The translations under genes and the position numbers were made by a program. From an uncultured Candidatus Saccharibacteria bacterium (GTDB lineage: Bacteria > Patescibacteriota > Minisyncoccia > Phycocordibacterales > DATDWN01): a DNA stretch of 64,000 bases. The notes under the pieces were generated by a model, which was not told where the DNA came from, ran no database searches, and saw only the letters and a list, made by a program, of their open reading frames with translations. Of the stretch, positions 38,632 through 51,395 are shown piece after piece (position 1 is the first letter of the stretch; each line of letters opens with the position of its first letter). The stretch lies in the NCBI GenBank assembly GCA_964468795.1, contig CAYXWL010000001.1:147587-211586 (forward strand), given 5' to 3'.

Positions 38632-38754
38632 TAAACTTTCACAATTTGAGTGAAATTCGACGTGAGAATTTGAAAATGTGAGAAGCTTTATTTAAAATAA
38701 AGTGACGAACATTTTCAAATTGGGAACGAGAAGTTCACCAAATTTGGAAGTTTA
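38632..38754 (-). repeat. Nested-hairpin element, family B
   Basis: Reverse complement aligns end to end with 41890-42010. Confidence 0.85.
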
Positions 38755-39330
38755 GAAGTTAACTTTAGGAGCCTCTTGGTTCGCCTGTGGCACATTAAAG
38801 TAAGCATGCTCTCCAAAACCTGAAAGTTTTGCAATCAGAGCTGATGGAAATCTTTTTACTCCAGTATTGTATGTTTGTACAAGTTGATTATATTTCATTC
38901 TTTCAACAGAAATCCTGTTCTCCGTTCCTTCTAGAGAAACCATTAGATCTTTAAAGTTTTGGCTAGACTGTAGCTGAGGGTAATTTTCCGTAATTACAAG
39001 CAATCTTCCTAGAGCTGATTCAACTTGTGATGCAGCAGCCGCCTTTTCGTCAGCTGTTCTTGCTCCGGAATATCTCGTCCTAGCTTCAGCTATCTGACCA
39101 AATACTGTCTGCTCTTGAGTAGCAAATCCCTTCACTGTGTTTACAAGGTTAGGAATGAGATCGAATCGCCTCTGATATTGGTTTTCAACCTGAGCCCACT
39201 GACCTGTAATAGCCTCGTTCTGAGATACAAATGAATTGTATTGTCCAAAACCCCAAATAAACAATAGACCTAAAACCGCAAGTACAACCACCCACTTCAT
39301 ATTCCTTTGAAAAAAGTTCTGTTCTTCCAT
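38752..39330 (-). CDS. lemA: LemA family protein
   Basis: QRRFDLIPNLV, ENYPQL, TENRI..ER..YN. Confidence 0.93.
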   Translation of the reverse strand: MEEQNFFQRNMKWVVVLAVLGLLFIWGFGQYNSFVSQNEAITGQWAQVENQYQRRFDLIPNLVNTVKGFATQEQTVFGQIAEARTRYSGARTADEKAAAASQVESALGRLLVITENYPQLQSSQNFKDLMVSLEGTENRISVERMKYNQLVQTYNTGVKRFPSALIAKLSGFGEHAYFNVPQANQEAPKVNF

Positions 39331-39416
39331 GTTTTCAGATTAAGCTTTATAACTACAGTATTATACCAGAAAAAAGCGCTTAGTACATAAGACTACATGC
39401 CTTTGGTAATTAAATT

Positions 39417-41147
<1,731 letters not shown>

Positions 41148-41516
41148 TTATTTTAATATTGCTAATATATTTTCCTCCTTAATCAAAAACAATTCTTCTC
41201 CATCAACTGTGATTTCTTCGTACCCGTATTTAGAGAAAGCCACCTTGTCGCCCACATTCAATCTAATGGAAACAAGCTTTCCATCCTTATATTCGCCAGG
41301 GCCAACAGCTAAAACTACGCCTTGCTCTGATTTATCTTTTGATCCAGAGTCTGGCAGGATGATCCCAAAATTATTTTTAGGCATAAGCTCTTCTTTAGTA
41401 AAAGGTCTTATCAAAACCCGGCTACCTAGAGGTAGTACTTTAGAAGAATCATTTTCTGCCACTTCTTTCCTTACAGAACCAGTTTTTTTAGAAACCTTTT
41501 TTGCAGTTTTCTTCAT
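41148..41516 (-). CDS. groS: Co-chaperonin GroES with Lys-rich N-terminal extension
   Basis: PLGSRVLI, GIILPD, AVGPG, VGDKV.FSKY. Confidence 0.95.
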   Translation of the reverse strand: MKKTAKKVSKKTGSVRKEVAENDSSKVLPLGSRVLIRPFTKEELMPKNNFGIILPDSGSKDKSEQGVVLAVGPGEYKDGKLVSIRLNVGDKVAFSKYGYEEITVDGEELFLIKEENILAILK

Positions 41517-41660
41517 ATATATGTATTACCTTAACCAATAATATGTACTCGGATATTACAATATATTTAGCTTGCCGGTCAATTATATTTAAGCCTGATT
41601 ATAGCCGTCTTTTGGCATAATATTGCAAAATCAGGCATTTCTGATATGATATAGCCCAAC

Positions 41661-41891
41661 ATGAGTATGACTGAAATGATTCCGTATATTCAGATTGTAT
41701 TGGCAGTCCTCCTTATCGGAGGCATTCTCCTACAAAGATCAGAAGCTGCTCTAGGTAGCGCTTTTGGTGGCGGAGACGCATTCTCTACTGGATATCATAC
41801 AAAGCGAGGCGCAGAGAAGACGCTATTTGTAGCGACAATTGTTGTTGCTGTTTTATTCGTCTCTACCTCTTTCGCCCTCCTACTCATCTAA
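41661..41891 (+). CDS. secG: Preprotein translocase subunit SecG
   Basis: ILLQ...LGSAFGG...KRGAEK.L, two TMs. Confidence 0.88.
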   Translation: MSMTEMIPYIQIVLAVLLIGGILLQRSEAALGSAFGGGDAFSTGYHTKRGAEKTLFVATIVVAVLFVSTSFALLLI

Positions 41892-42010
41892 ATCTTTAAA
41901 TTTGGCGAACTTCTCGTTCCCAGTTTAGAAATGCTCGTTAACTTATATCTAAATAAGGCTCCTCGCATTTCTAAACTCTCACGTCGAATTTCGCACAAAT
42001 TAAAAGATTT
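41890..42010 (+). repeat. Nested-hairpin element, family B
   Basis: Homologous to 38632-38754 with compensatory changes. Confidence 0.85.
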
Positions 42011-42035
42011 CACATATTAAGATAAACCTAATCTC

Positions 42036-43784
42036 GTGAAAGAATTTTTCAAAAATCTAGCTAAGAAAGAATGGAGAGTTCCATATTCTGAAAAGCTTTT
42101 AAATATAATCAAATCTTTTTCACTGACAGAAAAAGCCATCTTTTCCGTATTCTCATTTATTTTCATAGTGACTGGCCTCACTCTGCTTTTCCAAGTAAAC
42201 AAGCTTTTCTTGGTGCAAGTGCCAGAGTACGGCGGAAGCCTGACAGAAGGTATAGTGGGTTCTCCTAGGTTCGTAAACCCTCTGCTCGCATCAAGCGACA
42301 TAGACAAGGATCTAACTTCTCTCATTTACTCGGGACTAATAAAAGTAAACTCGAGCGGAGAGCTAGTGCCTGATCTTGCAGAAAGCTACAGCATATCGGA
42401 TGACGGGCTTACATATACATTTGTACTCAAGGACAATATTTATTTTCACGACGGCGTAAAAGTTACAGTTGATGATGTTATTTTTACAATAGAAAAAGCT
42501 CAGGATCCTTCACTGAAAAGCCCAAGAGAATCGAACTGGAGCGGAGTTAGGGTAAACAGGATTAATGACAAGACAGTTTCGTTTACGCTAAAACAGCCCT
42601 ATTCGCCTTTTATACAAAATGCAACATTAGGAATTCTTCCTAAGCACATATGGAAAACGGCAAGCATAGAAGAGTTTCCTTTTAGCCAATATAATACAAA
42701 ACCGATTGGCTCCGGACCATACAAAGTAAATTCAATCGCATATACCGGAAGCGGGCTTCCTTCTGAATATGAGCTCAAGTCTTTTAAAAAATACAGCCTC
42801 GGCCAGCCTTATATAACCACCCTTACGATTAAGTCGTATCAAAATGAAAACGACCTTATTCAGGCTTATAAAAATGGCGACATAGAAAGCGTCGGTGGTG
42901 TCAGTCCAAAACAAATGACTGAATTAAAATCAAAGAAGAACCAAGAAACTGTCTTGTCTCCTTTGCCAAGAATATTCGGGGTATTCTTTAATCAAAATAC
43001 CGCTCAGGTATTTGTTAATAAGGAAGTAAGACAGGCTCTCGATACAGCCATAGACAAGCAAAAGATAGTAGAGACCATACTCGGAGGATACGGCATGGTT
43101 ATAGACGGACCAGTTCCTGTGAAAACTCTTTCGCAGAAAACCAGCACGACAACCGAAGAAGCAAGAATAGATGCCGCCAAAAAAATCCTTGAAAAGAATG
43201 GCTGGAAGCTAAACTCTAGCGGTATCATGGAAAAAAGAGACAAGAAATCAGCTACCACCCTTTCCTTCTCGATTTCAACCGGAAATGCACCTGAATTGAA
43301 AGAGACGGCTTATATGCTTCAGAAAGAATGGCAGAAAATCGGAGCTCTGGTTGAAGTCAAGATATTTGAGATTGGAGACTTGAACCAGAATATAATAAAG
43401 CCTAGAAAGTATGACGCTCTGCTATTCGGAGAGGTCGTGGGAAGAGACATGGACCTTTATCCGTTCTGGCACTCATCTGAAAGAACTAATCCTGGACTCA
43501 ATATCGCCCTTTACACAAACCTAAAGACAGACAAAATTCTTGAGAGCATCAGAAAAACATCTGACCCAGACGATCAAAAACAGCTATTCGAAAATTTCAG
43601 CAAAGAAGTAAAAAATGACATGCCTGCTGTATTTACATACTCTCCTTACTACATCTATCTTGTTCCTTCGAAAGTTGAAAACCTCAAGGTGGGAACAATA
43701 GATACGCCTTCGGAAAGGTTCAGCGACATAAGTTCCTGGTACATAGAGACAAATAATGTATGGAGCGTATTTGCAAGAAAATAA
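42036..43784 (+). CDS. Peptide ABC transporter substrate-binding protein (family 5), TM-anchored
   Basis: PDLAESY..SDDG.TYTF.L, FHDG, PIGSGPY. Confidence 0.9.
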   Translation: MKEFFKNLAKKEWRVPYSEKLLNIIKSFSLTEKAIFSVFSFIFIVTGLTLLFQVNKLFLVQVPEYGGSLTEGIVGSPRFVNPLLASSDIDKDLTSLIYSGLIKVNSSGELVPDLAESYSISDDGLTYTFVLKDNIYFHDGVKVTVDDVIFTIEKAQDPSLKSPRESNWSGVRVNRINDKTVSFTLKQPYSPFIQNATLGILPKHIWKTASIEEFPFSQYNTKPIGSGPYKVNSIAYTGSGLPSEYELKSFKKYSLGQPYITTLTIKSYQNENDLIQAYKNGDIESVGGVSPKQMTELKSKKNQETVLSPLPRIFGVFFNQNTAQVFVNKEVRQALDTAIDKQKIVETILGGYGMVIDGPVPVKTLSQKTSTTTEEARIDAAKKILEKNGWKLNSSGIMEKRDKKSATTLSFSISTGNAPELKETAYMLQKEWQKIGALVEVKIFEIGDLNQNIIKPRKYDALLFGEVVGRDMDLYPFWHSSERTNPGLNIALYTNLKTDKILESIRKTSDPDDQKQLFENFSKEVKNDMPAVFTYSPYYIYLVPSKVENLKVGTIDTPSERFSDISSWYIETNNVWSVFARK

Positions 43785-43812
43785 TTAAAAATTAAAAGAA
43801 ATAAAAATAATC

Positions 43813-45639
43813 ATGGATACAGAACACAAATCAGAACACAGAAGCGAGACGAAAAGATCTCCTCTGCACAGAAGAAGAGATACCGGAAAGAGATCTTATT
43901 CTCGACGAGACATTCCTTTGAAGATGACCAAAAAAGTAGATGACGTCATCCCTCCTATCGGAGACAATATTAGAATCATACCTCTTGGAGGAGTAGAGGA
44001 AATCGGAAAAAACATGACAGCAGTAGAATTCGGAAACGATATAATAGTTCTCGATATGGGTTTTGCGTTCAAGGACGACGATACTCCAGGAATAGATTAT
44101 ATTCTGCCGAATACCAAATATCTCGAAGACAGGAAAGACAAGATACGAGGAGTTATCATAACTCACGGACACTTGGATCACATTGGCGGAATTCCATACA
44201 TCATGGACAGAATAGGCAATCCTCCAATGTATACGAGGGCGCTTTCTAGTATCATGATCAAGAAAAGGCAGGATGAGTTCCCTCACCTCCCAGCTCTAGA
44301 CATAAGGGTTGTTGAAAAAGACGACACAATTACTTTAGGAAACCTGAAGGTAAGATTCTTCAACGTAACTCACACGATTCCTGATTCAATGGGAGTTATT
44401 ATCGATACGCCATACGGTTCAGTCGTTACTCCTGGAGACATCAAACTTGATCACGTTGACGGAGTGCCAACAGAAGCTGAAGAAAAAGAATTCAATAAAT
44501 TCAAGAAAGAAAATGTGCTTCTTCTTATGATGGATTCAACGAACGTTGATAACCCAGGCTTCTCTACGCCAGAAAGGATAGTTCATGATAACTTGGACAA
44601 TATTATAAAAAATACAAAAGGCAGGCTTGTCATCGGTACTTTCGCATCACAGCTCGAGCGAGTAATGAAAATTATTCAAATTGCTGAAAAGTACGGAAAG
44701 AAAGTGGTAGTCGAAGGCCGAAGCATGAAGAACAACATAGAAATAGTGCTTCACATGGGAATGCTAAAAGTGAAAGATGATACTATCATCACAAATGCTG
44801 AAATGGAGAACTACCCTCCAGATAGGATAATTGTTCTCGCAACTGGAGCTCAGGGAGATGAGTTCGCAGCTTTGATGAGAATGTCTAACAAGACGCACAA
44901 ATACTTCAGGCTTACACCTAGGGACACAGTCCTGCTTTCATCATCTATTATTCCCGGAAATGAAAAAGCTGTGCAGAAGCTGAAAGACAATCTCGCAAGG
45001 CAGGGAGCAAAGATTATCCACTACAGAACTTCTGATGTTTACATCCACTCGACAGGACACGGAAACAGAGGTGAATTGGAATGGATACACAAGAAAGTCG
45101 GGGCAAAATTCTTTATGCCGATTCACGGAACTCACTATATGCTTAGAGTGCATGAGGACTTGGCTGAAAATATTATAGGAATGCCAAAAGACCACATCAT
45201 CGTTCCGGATAACGGATCAATACTTGAAATTCAGGATCATGGAAACAAGTTTGTACGGCTAAAGGAGTCTGCACCTGGTGCGGGCATGATGGTTGACGGC
45301 TTCTCTATCGGAGACGTGCAGGAAATGGTTATGCGAGACCGAAAAATGCTTGCTCAGGACGGAATATTCCTCATCGTAGTGTCTATAAACACTAAAACGG
45401 GAAAGTTAAAAAAATCTCCTGACATCATTTCCAGAGGATTCGTCTACTTGCGAGAATCTCAAGAACTCCTAAACCAGGCCAGAATGATAATAAAGAAGAC
45501 AGTCGAAGAAACTACAAAGGGCATGAACCCGATAAACTTCGATTTCGTAAAATCACAGCTTTCAGACGATATCGGCAGATTCCTATTCCAAAAAACAGCA
45601 AAGAAGCCTATCGTTATCCCAGTTATACTTGGAGTTTAA
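43813..45639 (+). CDS. rnj: Ribonuclease J
   Basis: PLGGVEEIGKNM, THGHLDHIGG, HSTGH, PIHG. Confidence 0.95.
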   Translation: MDTEHKSEHRSETKRSPLHRRRDTGKRSYSRRDIPLKMTKKVDDVIPPIGDNIRIIPLGGVEEIGKNMTAVEFGNDIIVLDMGFAFKDDDTPGIDYILPNTKYLEDRKDKIRGVIITHGHLDHIGGIPYIMDRIGNPPMYTRALSSIMIKKRQDEFPHLPALDIRVVEKDDTITLGNLKVRFFNVTHTIPDSMGVIIDTPYGSVVTPGDIKLDHVDGVPTEAEEKEFNKFKKENVLLLMMDSTNVDNPGFSTPERIVHDNLDNIIKNTKGRLVIGTFASQLERVMKIIQIAEKYGKKVVVEGRSMKNNIEIVLHMGMLKVKDDTIITNAEMENYPPDRIIVLATGAQGDEFAALMRMSNKTHKYFRLTPRDTVLLSSSIIPGNEKAVQKLKDNLARQGAKIIHYRTSDVYIHSTGHGNRGELEWIHKKVGAKFFMPIHGTHYMLRVHEDLAENIIGMPKDHIIVPDNGSILEIQDHGNKFVRLKESAPGAGMMVDGFSIGDVQEMVMRDRKMLAQDGIFLIVVSINTKTGKLKKSPDIISRGFVYLRESQELLNQARMIIKKTVEETTKGMNPINFDFVKSQLSDDIGRFLFQKTAKKPIVIPVILGV

Positions 45640-45675
45640 AATTACAAAAAGTTTTTTTAGGGTATAATATTTAGC

Positions 45676-46851
45676 ATGGATAGATTGCTAATACCCTTTA
45701 AACAAAATGTTCTTTTGAACACTCTGTTTTTTTCGAACTTCTTTCTCTCTCTACATTACGCTCTTATCATATACATAAACTCCTCTTTCCTTTCTGTGTT
45801 TTTCAAGGAAACACAGGTTTCTGCCCTATTCATGATAGGGTCTATTGTGGGAACTGCTGTGCTGATAATCGCTTCGCGAATTCTAGACGGAGTCGGAGTG
45901 TACAGATTTACCCGTGGCACGATAGTTATAGAGGCTTTAGCCACTTTGGGCATGGCAGTATCAACATCAGCTTCGCTATCAGCGATATTCTTTGTCATAC
46001 ACATGGCAAATATCGGGTTGGTTCTGTTCAATATGGATGTCTTGGTTGAAAGCATACCTCTTGATGGCAATATTATGGGAGAAATAAGGGCAACTTACCT
46101 TACAATAACAAACTTAACTATAGTTCTGGCCCCACTCCTAATTTCACTTATTCTGACGGACAGCATGTATGGCTACATTTACCTTTTATCATCACTCTCC
46201 CTTTTGCCCATGTATTTACTTACAAAGAGATTTAGAGACATAAAAGAAGACAAAATACAGCACATAAGCGTTAGAGATACTGTATCGGCATACACAAAAA
46301 ACGCTGACCTATTTAATATTTATATATGCCATCAGTTGCTCCAGCTTTTCTATGCTTTCATGACTGTTTATACCCCGATTTACCTGCACAAATATATGGG
46401 CTTTAGTTGGACAGAAATCGGAGGAATATTTACCATCATGCTTCTGCCTTTCGTCCTTTTCGAGCTTCCCTTAGGCGAACTGTCAGATGAAAAGTACGGA
46501 GAATCTGAGTTTCTTACAATCGGATTTATAATCATGGGAATATCCACCCTCTTTATGAGCTTTGTAACCATTAAGTCCTTTTGGATCTGGGCCACTATAC
46601 TTTTTATAACCAGAACAGGCGCGAGCTTCGTCGAAATAAGTAGCGAAAGCTACTTCTTCAAGAAAGTTAAACGTGAAGAAACGGATGTAATTAGCTTTTT
46701 TAGAATCAGCAGACCTCTTTCATTTATAATAGCTCCTATACTTGCAACTATTGCGTTAGAGTTCGTGCCATTTGAGTATATTTTTATAGCAATTGGTTCA
46801 ATAATGATCGTTGGAACCCACTACAGCATGACGCTTAAAGATACTAAGTAG
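45676..46851 (+). CDS. MFS transporter
   Basis: About 12 hydrophobic segments; ELPLGELSDEKYGE loop motif. Confidence 0.8.
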   Translation: MDRLLIPFKQNVLLNTLFFSNFFLSLHYALIIYINSSFLSVFFKETQVSALFMIGSIVGTAVLIIASRILDGVGVYRFTRGTIVIEALATLGMAVSTSASLSAIFFVIHMANIGLVLFNMDVLVESIPLDGNIMGEIRATYLTITNLTIVLAPLLISLILTDSMYGYIYLLSSLSLLPMYLLTKRFRDIKEDKIQHISVRDTVSAYTKNADLFNIYICHQLLQLFYAFMTVYTPIYLHKYMGFSWTEIGGIFTIMLLPFVLFELPLGELSDEKYGESEFLTIGFIIMGISTLFMSFVTIKSFWIWATILFITRTGASFVEISSESYFFKKVKREETDVISFFRISRPLSFIIAPILATIALEFVPFEYIFIAIGSIMIVGTHYSMTLKDTK

Positions 46852-47239
46852 TCTTCTTTTTTGCTCTTCTTTTAGGCTTATCTTCCAGCCCCTTCTCAGA
46901 TTTTTCTTTTCTCGCATCAATATATTTTTTTATGTTACCCCAATGTTTTCTTAAATCTTTGACCAAGTCTTCGACATCTGCCCTGTCTATATTTTTAAGG
47001 CTTGAATACTTCTTGAGAACTTTATCTATGATCTCATTGTATCTTTGCTCGTCTATATCCCTTAGAGTTTCAATTTTTTCCAGAACTTCTCCTTTTGCCC
47101 TCAGCATCCATCCTCGGACTTTTGCTCTATTTTTAGGACCTTCTTTTGATCCATACAAGTAATATGCACCAGCAATGCCAGCCACTATCATCCCAATTCC
47201 CAAACCAACTGGAATCTTTCCATTTTTATTTTTGTCCAT
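46844..47239 (-). CDS. YtxH-like membrane-anchored protein
   Basis: GIAGAYYLYGSKEG..NR motif, basic tail. Confidence 0.6.
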   Translation of the reverse strand: MDKNKNGKIPVGLGIGMIVAGIAGAYYLYGSKEGPKNRAKVRGWMLRAKGEVLEKIETLRDIDEQRYNEIIDKVLKKYSSLKNIDRADVEDLVKDLRKHWGNIKKYIDARKEKSEKGLEDKPKRRAKKKTT

Positions 47240-47256
47240 AATATTAAAAAATTAGA

Positions 47257-47544
47257 TTATAATTCCTCTTCCTTTTTTCGGCTCCTAGGCTTTGTCTTTC
47301 TCTGAACAAAGCTCGATATAAGGTTCAAAACAAACAATCCTCTATTTTTGGTTTCTTGCCTCATGTATTCGATATCATCTAGTAGGAGCTCGCCCTCTTT
47401 TTTTGCTTTTTCCATTAAATCTCTCACATCTCTCAGTATCAAAATCACATAGTACACAACAATTATAATTCCAATTGATATAATTGTGATGAAAACCGTG
47501 GTTACTACAAAAAATATGTCTGCTTTTAGTATGCTTGTGTCCAT
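47257..47544 (-). CDS. Single-TM coiled-coil protein (DUF948-like)
   Basis: TM then coiled coil; paired with YtxH-like gene. Confidence 0.55.
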   Translation of the reverse strand: MDTSILKADIFFVVTTVFITIISIGIIIVVYYVILILRDVRDLMEKAKKEGELLLDDIEYMRQETKNRGLFVLNLISSFVQRKTKPRSRKKEEEL

Positions 47545-47562
47545 ACCTGCATACTACCACAC

Positions 47563-49467
47563 CTAGATTAAGCTTTCGAGTAGTTTTTTTAATGAAATAG
47601 AGGCAACGCTGATAACTGAGTCTGCTCCGCCGTAATAAATAATCAATTCATCCTTGTTTAGCACCGCTCCGCACGGGAATACAACATAGTTCACCTGTCC
47701 TTCAATTTCGTACGCATCCTTTGGCTCAAACAAAGCATCTGTTGTCCTGGCTATAACTTTTGTAGGGTCATTCAAGTCAAGAAGTGCGGCTCCAACCCTG
47801 TATCTAGATCTGTTTGATACTCCGTGATAAATAAGTAACCAGCCTTTTGAAGTTTTTATTGGCTGAGTTGAAATTCCTACTTTTACTGAATCCCACATGC
47901 CTTTTCTCGGCCTAAGGATCGGGATATTCTGAAAATTATTCTTCTCTCTAAACTCAGGGGTAGAGCCGAAATCTCCGCAAATATAATTATTGACTCTGTG
48001 GTACAAAAAGTATTTTCCATTTATCTTTTCTGGGTGCAAACATCCGTCTTTATCATCTACTCCGTCTCGAGTAACCAAAACAGGCTTTTTCCATATCCAT
48101 TTTTTAGCAATAAAATTCTTTTCTGATATGGAAGTAATGGCGACTGCGGGAGGAGTGATGCCGTTGTAAGCCGTATAGCACATATATATCGTGTCTCCTA
48201 TCTGAGTGAGGCGAGGATCTTCGCATCCAGAATTTCCTCCAGGCACTCTCTTTTCCTCAAATGATTCTCTCGGAACATAAATCGGCTTGTCGTACCTCGC
48301 GGAAATATTATATCCGTCATTGCTCTCTGCCAATCCCAGAGTAGAAGTATTGTCATCCGACATAGCACGATAGACGATATAAGTTGTATTGCCTAATTTT
48401 ATCGAGGCAGGGTTAAATATAGCCTTTGATTCCCAGGAAAATTCTTTTCGTGGCAAAAGTATCGGATTCAAATGGATTCTCTTGAAGCCGTCCTCTATTC
48501 TTGGCTCTTTCATGCTAGTTAAAAGAGCATCAAGGTTAACTTCTGCAACAGCACAAGTGGTATCGGTAGCTCCATAGTAAATCATGAGCTTGTCTTTTTT
48601 TATCAAAGCTCCGCTTGGAAAAACAATATTTTCTGCTTGGCCGAATTTCTCATATGATTCCTCGGGTACAAGCAAAGATCCTCTTGTGCTTCCAATTACT
48701 TTCTTTGGATTTTTAGAATCTAGGAGCAATGCTCTTACGCCAAATATCTTATTATTCGAGAAATAATCGTTTATATGTGAGTAAACAAGAAGCCATCCAT
48801 CCTTTGTCTTTACTGGCGTTGCGCCTACCTCCACCTGATCACCTGAAACCACTAGAGGAACCTCGAGTATATGCTTGCCCAGTTCCTTATACCATTTGTT
48901 CCAATACTTCTCATCCCACATTTGTTCAATATCTGAAAATTCTGCAATGGCAATTTTTGACGGAGGTCTGTCAGTATTGACTGCAAGTATAGCTACAAAT
49001 TTTCCGTTAATTTTTTCAGGAAAAAGTGTCATGGCTTTGGCATTGAAAGGGGTGATAAGGTGCTTTTCAGAAATTGTTTTCATGTCCTTGCTTATGGCAA
49101 GACCTACTTTTATTCCATCCCCGCTAAATGGAAACGTTGAAAGCGCAGTATAGAAAATATAATATTTACCACCAATCTTCGTTACTCTGGGGTCCTCGCA
49201 CCCGAATCTTTCCCAAAAATGCTCTGGGTAAATAAATTTTTCTCGCTTGTTAAAATTTATGCCGTCCTTGCTTGTCGCCTTTCCGACAACCGACATTGAA
49301 AAGCTCCCGCCTTCAAATTTTTCAGGCATAGACTGTGCACGGTAAACTATATCTATATTATTCCCCACTTCTATAGGATTCGGATTGAAAGCAGAATAGC
49401 TTTCGAAAGCGTGTTCTTTGATTGGAGATAATATTGGATTCTTGGGAGATCTTTTTACAACAAACAT
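47563..49467 (-). CDS. Tandem two-domain GH130-family glycoside phosphorylase/glycosidase
   Basis: Two repeats of NPIL.P, FNP, GCEDPR, V.FP.GA, YYG..D. Confidence 0.85.
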   Translation of the reverse strand: MFVVKRSPKNPILSPIKEHAFESYSAFNPNPIEVGNNIDIVYRAQSMPEKFEGGSFSMSVVGKATSKDGINFNKREKFIYPEHFWERFGCEDPRVTKIGGKYYIFYTALSTFPFSGDGIKVGLAISKDMKTISEKHLITPFNAKAMTLFPEKINGKFVAILAVNTDRPPSKIAIAEFSDIEQMWDEKYWNKWYKELGKHILEVPLVVSGDQVEVGATPVKTKDGWLLVYSHINDYFSNNKIFGVRALLLDSKNPKKVIGSTRGSLLVPEESYEKFGQAENIVFPSGALIKKDKLMIYYGATDTTCAVAEVNLDALLTSMKEPRIEDGFKRIHLNPILLPRKEFSWESKAIFNPASIKLGNTTYIVYRAMSDDNTSTLGLAESNDGYNISARYDKPIYVPRESFEEKRVPGGNSGCEDPRLTQIGDTIYMCYTAYNGITPPAVAITSISEKNFIAKKWIWKKPVLVTRDGVDDKDGCLHPEKINGKYFLYHRVNNYICGDFGSTPEFREKNNFQNIPILRPRKGMWDSVKVGISTQPIKTSKGWLLIYHGVSNRSRYRVGAALLDLNDPTKVIARTTDALFEPKDAYEIEGQVNYVVFPCGAVLNKDELIIYYGGADSVISVASISLKKLLESLI

Positions 49468-49469
49468 GA

Positions 49470-51395
49470 TTATGCCTTATTTAAATGAAAGTCCTTAGCA
49501 CTTCCGGTAACCAAATAATTTAGGAATTTTTCTAGCGGAGTTGTGGCAACACACACAACCTTGTCTGCTCCTCCATAATATATGTACAAATCTTCTCCGC
49601 GTATAATAGCTCCTGACGCATATATCACGCCCGGCTTGCCATTATTTTCATAATCCATATCTGGAGAAAGAATCGGATGCTTTGATCTATACAAAACTTT
49701 TGTTGGATCCTTGCTGTCCAAGATCATTGCCCCAAGCTTGTACCTGCCGTGATCATTTTTTTCGAGAGCGTGATATAGAAGCAGCCACCCAATCTGTGTT
49801 TTTATTGGAGGAGGGCCTCCTCCTCGGAGAAACTCGTCCCAGGCATTTTTTCGCCCTGGCTGAGGTCCCCACTTTCTTGGGCTGTCTATGTACTCATTTA
49901 TATTATCCAGATCATTTATGTAATCAACCGATATCTTTGGAACAATGCTGTGAAGCACTGCATACTTGCCATTGATTTTTTCAGGAAATAGAAGCCAGTT
50001 CTTATGTACTTCGCCCGGAGGAGAAAGATGTACTGGTTTTTTCCATTTCCAATTGCCTTTTTTAAAATCTTCTAGGGTGATAGAGGTGAGGGCTATGCGA
50101 ATCGAATTCCAGCCTTCAAAAGCAACATATGTCATATAAATTTTCTTTCCTATTTTTACCGTTCGCGGATCTTCTGATCCGGCCCATCCTCCGCCAGAAG
50201 TATAAATTGCAGGATGATATCCTACTGGTCCAGTTATTTTTGCTGGGTCAGGCATGCCAAAACCCATACCCGGCTCAAATACTGGATATGTAGTTCGGTA
50301 ATCAAACTTTTTTCCATCTTTGCTTTTTGCATGGCCAACTCTTGAAACTCCGTCTCTTCCGACTGCTCTATATAAAACATGGATTACACCCTCATCGTCT
50401 TCTATTACTGCCGGATTAAATGTCCCTTCAGCTTCCCAATCGTGATGATGTATTGGCTCCAATATCGGGTTGCCATGGAATCTTGTCAGAACTTTTGGAT
50501 GATATTTTGCATCCTCAAGCTCCCTGAACATTAACGGCACGACTGAAACCACGATGTCTCCGTCGTTTGTCAGCCAATATATGTAATGATGATTATTTAA
50601 AGGAACAAAGCCTAACGGAGATAAAGGCAATGATTGGCTTTTCGCATGTACGACTCCTTGCCATATAGGCCCTGGACTTCTCCAAATAATATGCCTATGA
50701 TTTTTCTTATCTACCAAAACTGCTCCTACTTGCAACAATACTTTTGACTCGTGCTCAACTGAAGCGTCATACATTACTAAAGTACCATCCTCAACCGTTG
50801 CCGATCCGATAAGAGATATTTTTTCGGAATCAAAGTGATTGTTTCTTGAAGTAAACAAAAGTCCAGGACTATTTCTCCAGACTGAAAGAGTCTTTGAGGT
50901 GTGCTGTCTCACAAACAAACCGCAGGTATAAAGATCGAAGTCATCAGTCTCATTTCTATAAGCCACAGTTGTCCTACCTATATCATCAGTTTGGATTTCA
51001 CCCTTCTCTGTCCATGAATATAGATCGCTGGATTTTGATACCACCAGCTTTCTTTCTTTCTTTTTTCCTAGCTCTCTAAAATAAGTTAAAACATAGCTGG
51101 ACTTTGTTCGAGAAAGGCTGAAATCTGAACACTCGGCTAATTTCACAGGCTTACCTTTACCATCAAAAAGGTTTACCTCCTTACTGTCAGTTATGAACTC
51201 CAAGCCATCAATACTCCAAGATAGAAACAATTTCTTGTCTTTCTTCGACTTTGACATTTCTAGCATGCATATTCCTCCGCTTACTGAAACAACAGCGAGC
51301 GGAATACCGCTAGTTTTTTTTATTTTCTTAGCCTTTGGAGCTGAAACCTTTTTAGATTTTGACTTGGCTGCTTTTTTAGGAACTTTCTTTTTCAT
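49470..51395 (-). CDS. GH130-family protein: degenerate N-terminal propeller plus intact C-terminal domain
   Basis: C-half has NPIL, FNPA, SEDPR, KNW, YYGGAD; N-half lacks EDPR. Confidence 0.8.
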   Translation of the reverse strand: MKKKVPKKAAKSKSKKVSAPKAKKIKKTSGIPLAVVSVSGGICMLEMSKSKKDKKLFLSWSIDGLEFITDSKEVNLFDGKGKPVKLAECSDFSLSRTKSSYVLTYFRELGKKKERKLVVSKSSDLYSWTEKGEIQTDDIGRTTVAYRNETDDFDLYTCGLFVRQHTSKTLSVWRNSPGLLFTSRNNHFDSEKISLIGSATVEDGTLVMYDASVEHESKVLLQVGAVLVDKKNHRHIIWRSPGPIWQGVVHAKSQSLPLSPLGFVPLNNHHYIYWLTNDGDIVVSVVPLMFRELEDAKYHPKVLTRFHGNPILEPIHHHDWEAEGTFNPAVIEDDEGVIHVLYRAVGRDGVSRVGHAKSKDGKKFDYRTTYPVFEPGMGFGMPDPAKITGPVGYHPAIYTSGGGWAGSEDPRTVKIGKKIYMTYVAFEGWNSIRIALTSITLEDFKKGNWKWKKPVHLSPPGEVHKNWLLFPEKINGKYAVLHSIVPKISVDYINDLDNINEYIDSPRKWGPQPGRKNAWDEFLRGGGPPPIKTQIGWLLLYHALEKNDHGRYKLGAMILDSKDPTKVLYRSKHPILSPDMDYENNGKPGVIYASGAIIRGEDLYIYYGGADKVVCVATTPLEKFLNYLVTGSAKDFHLNKA

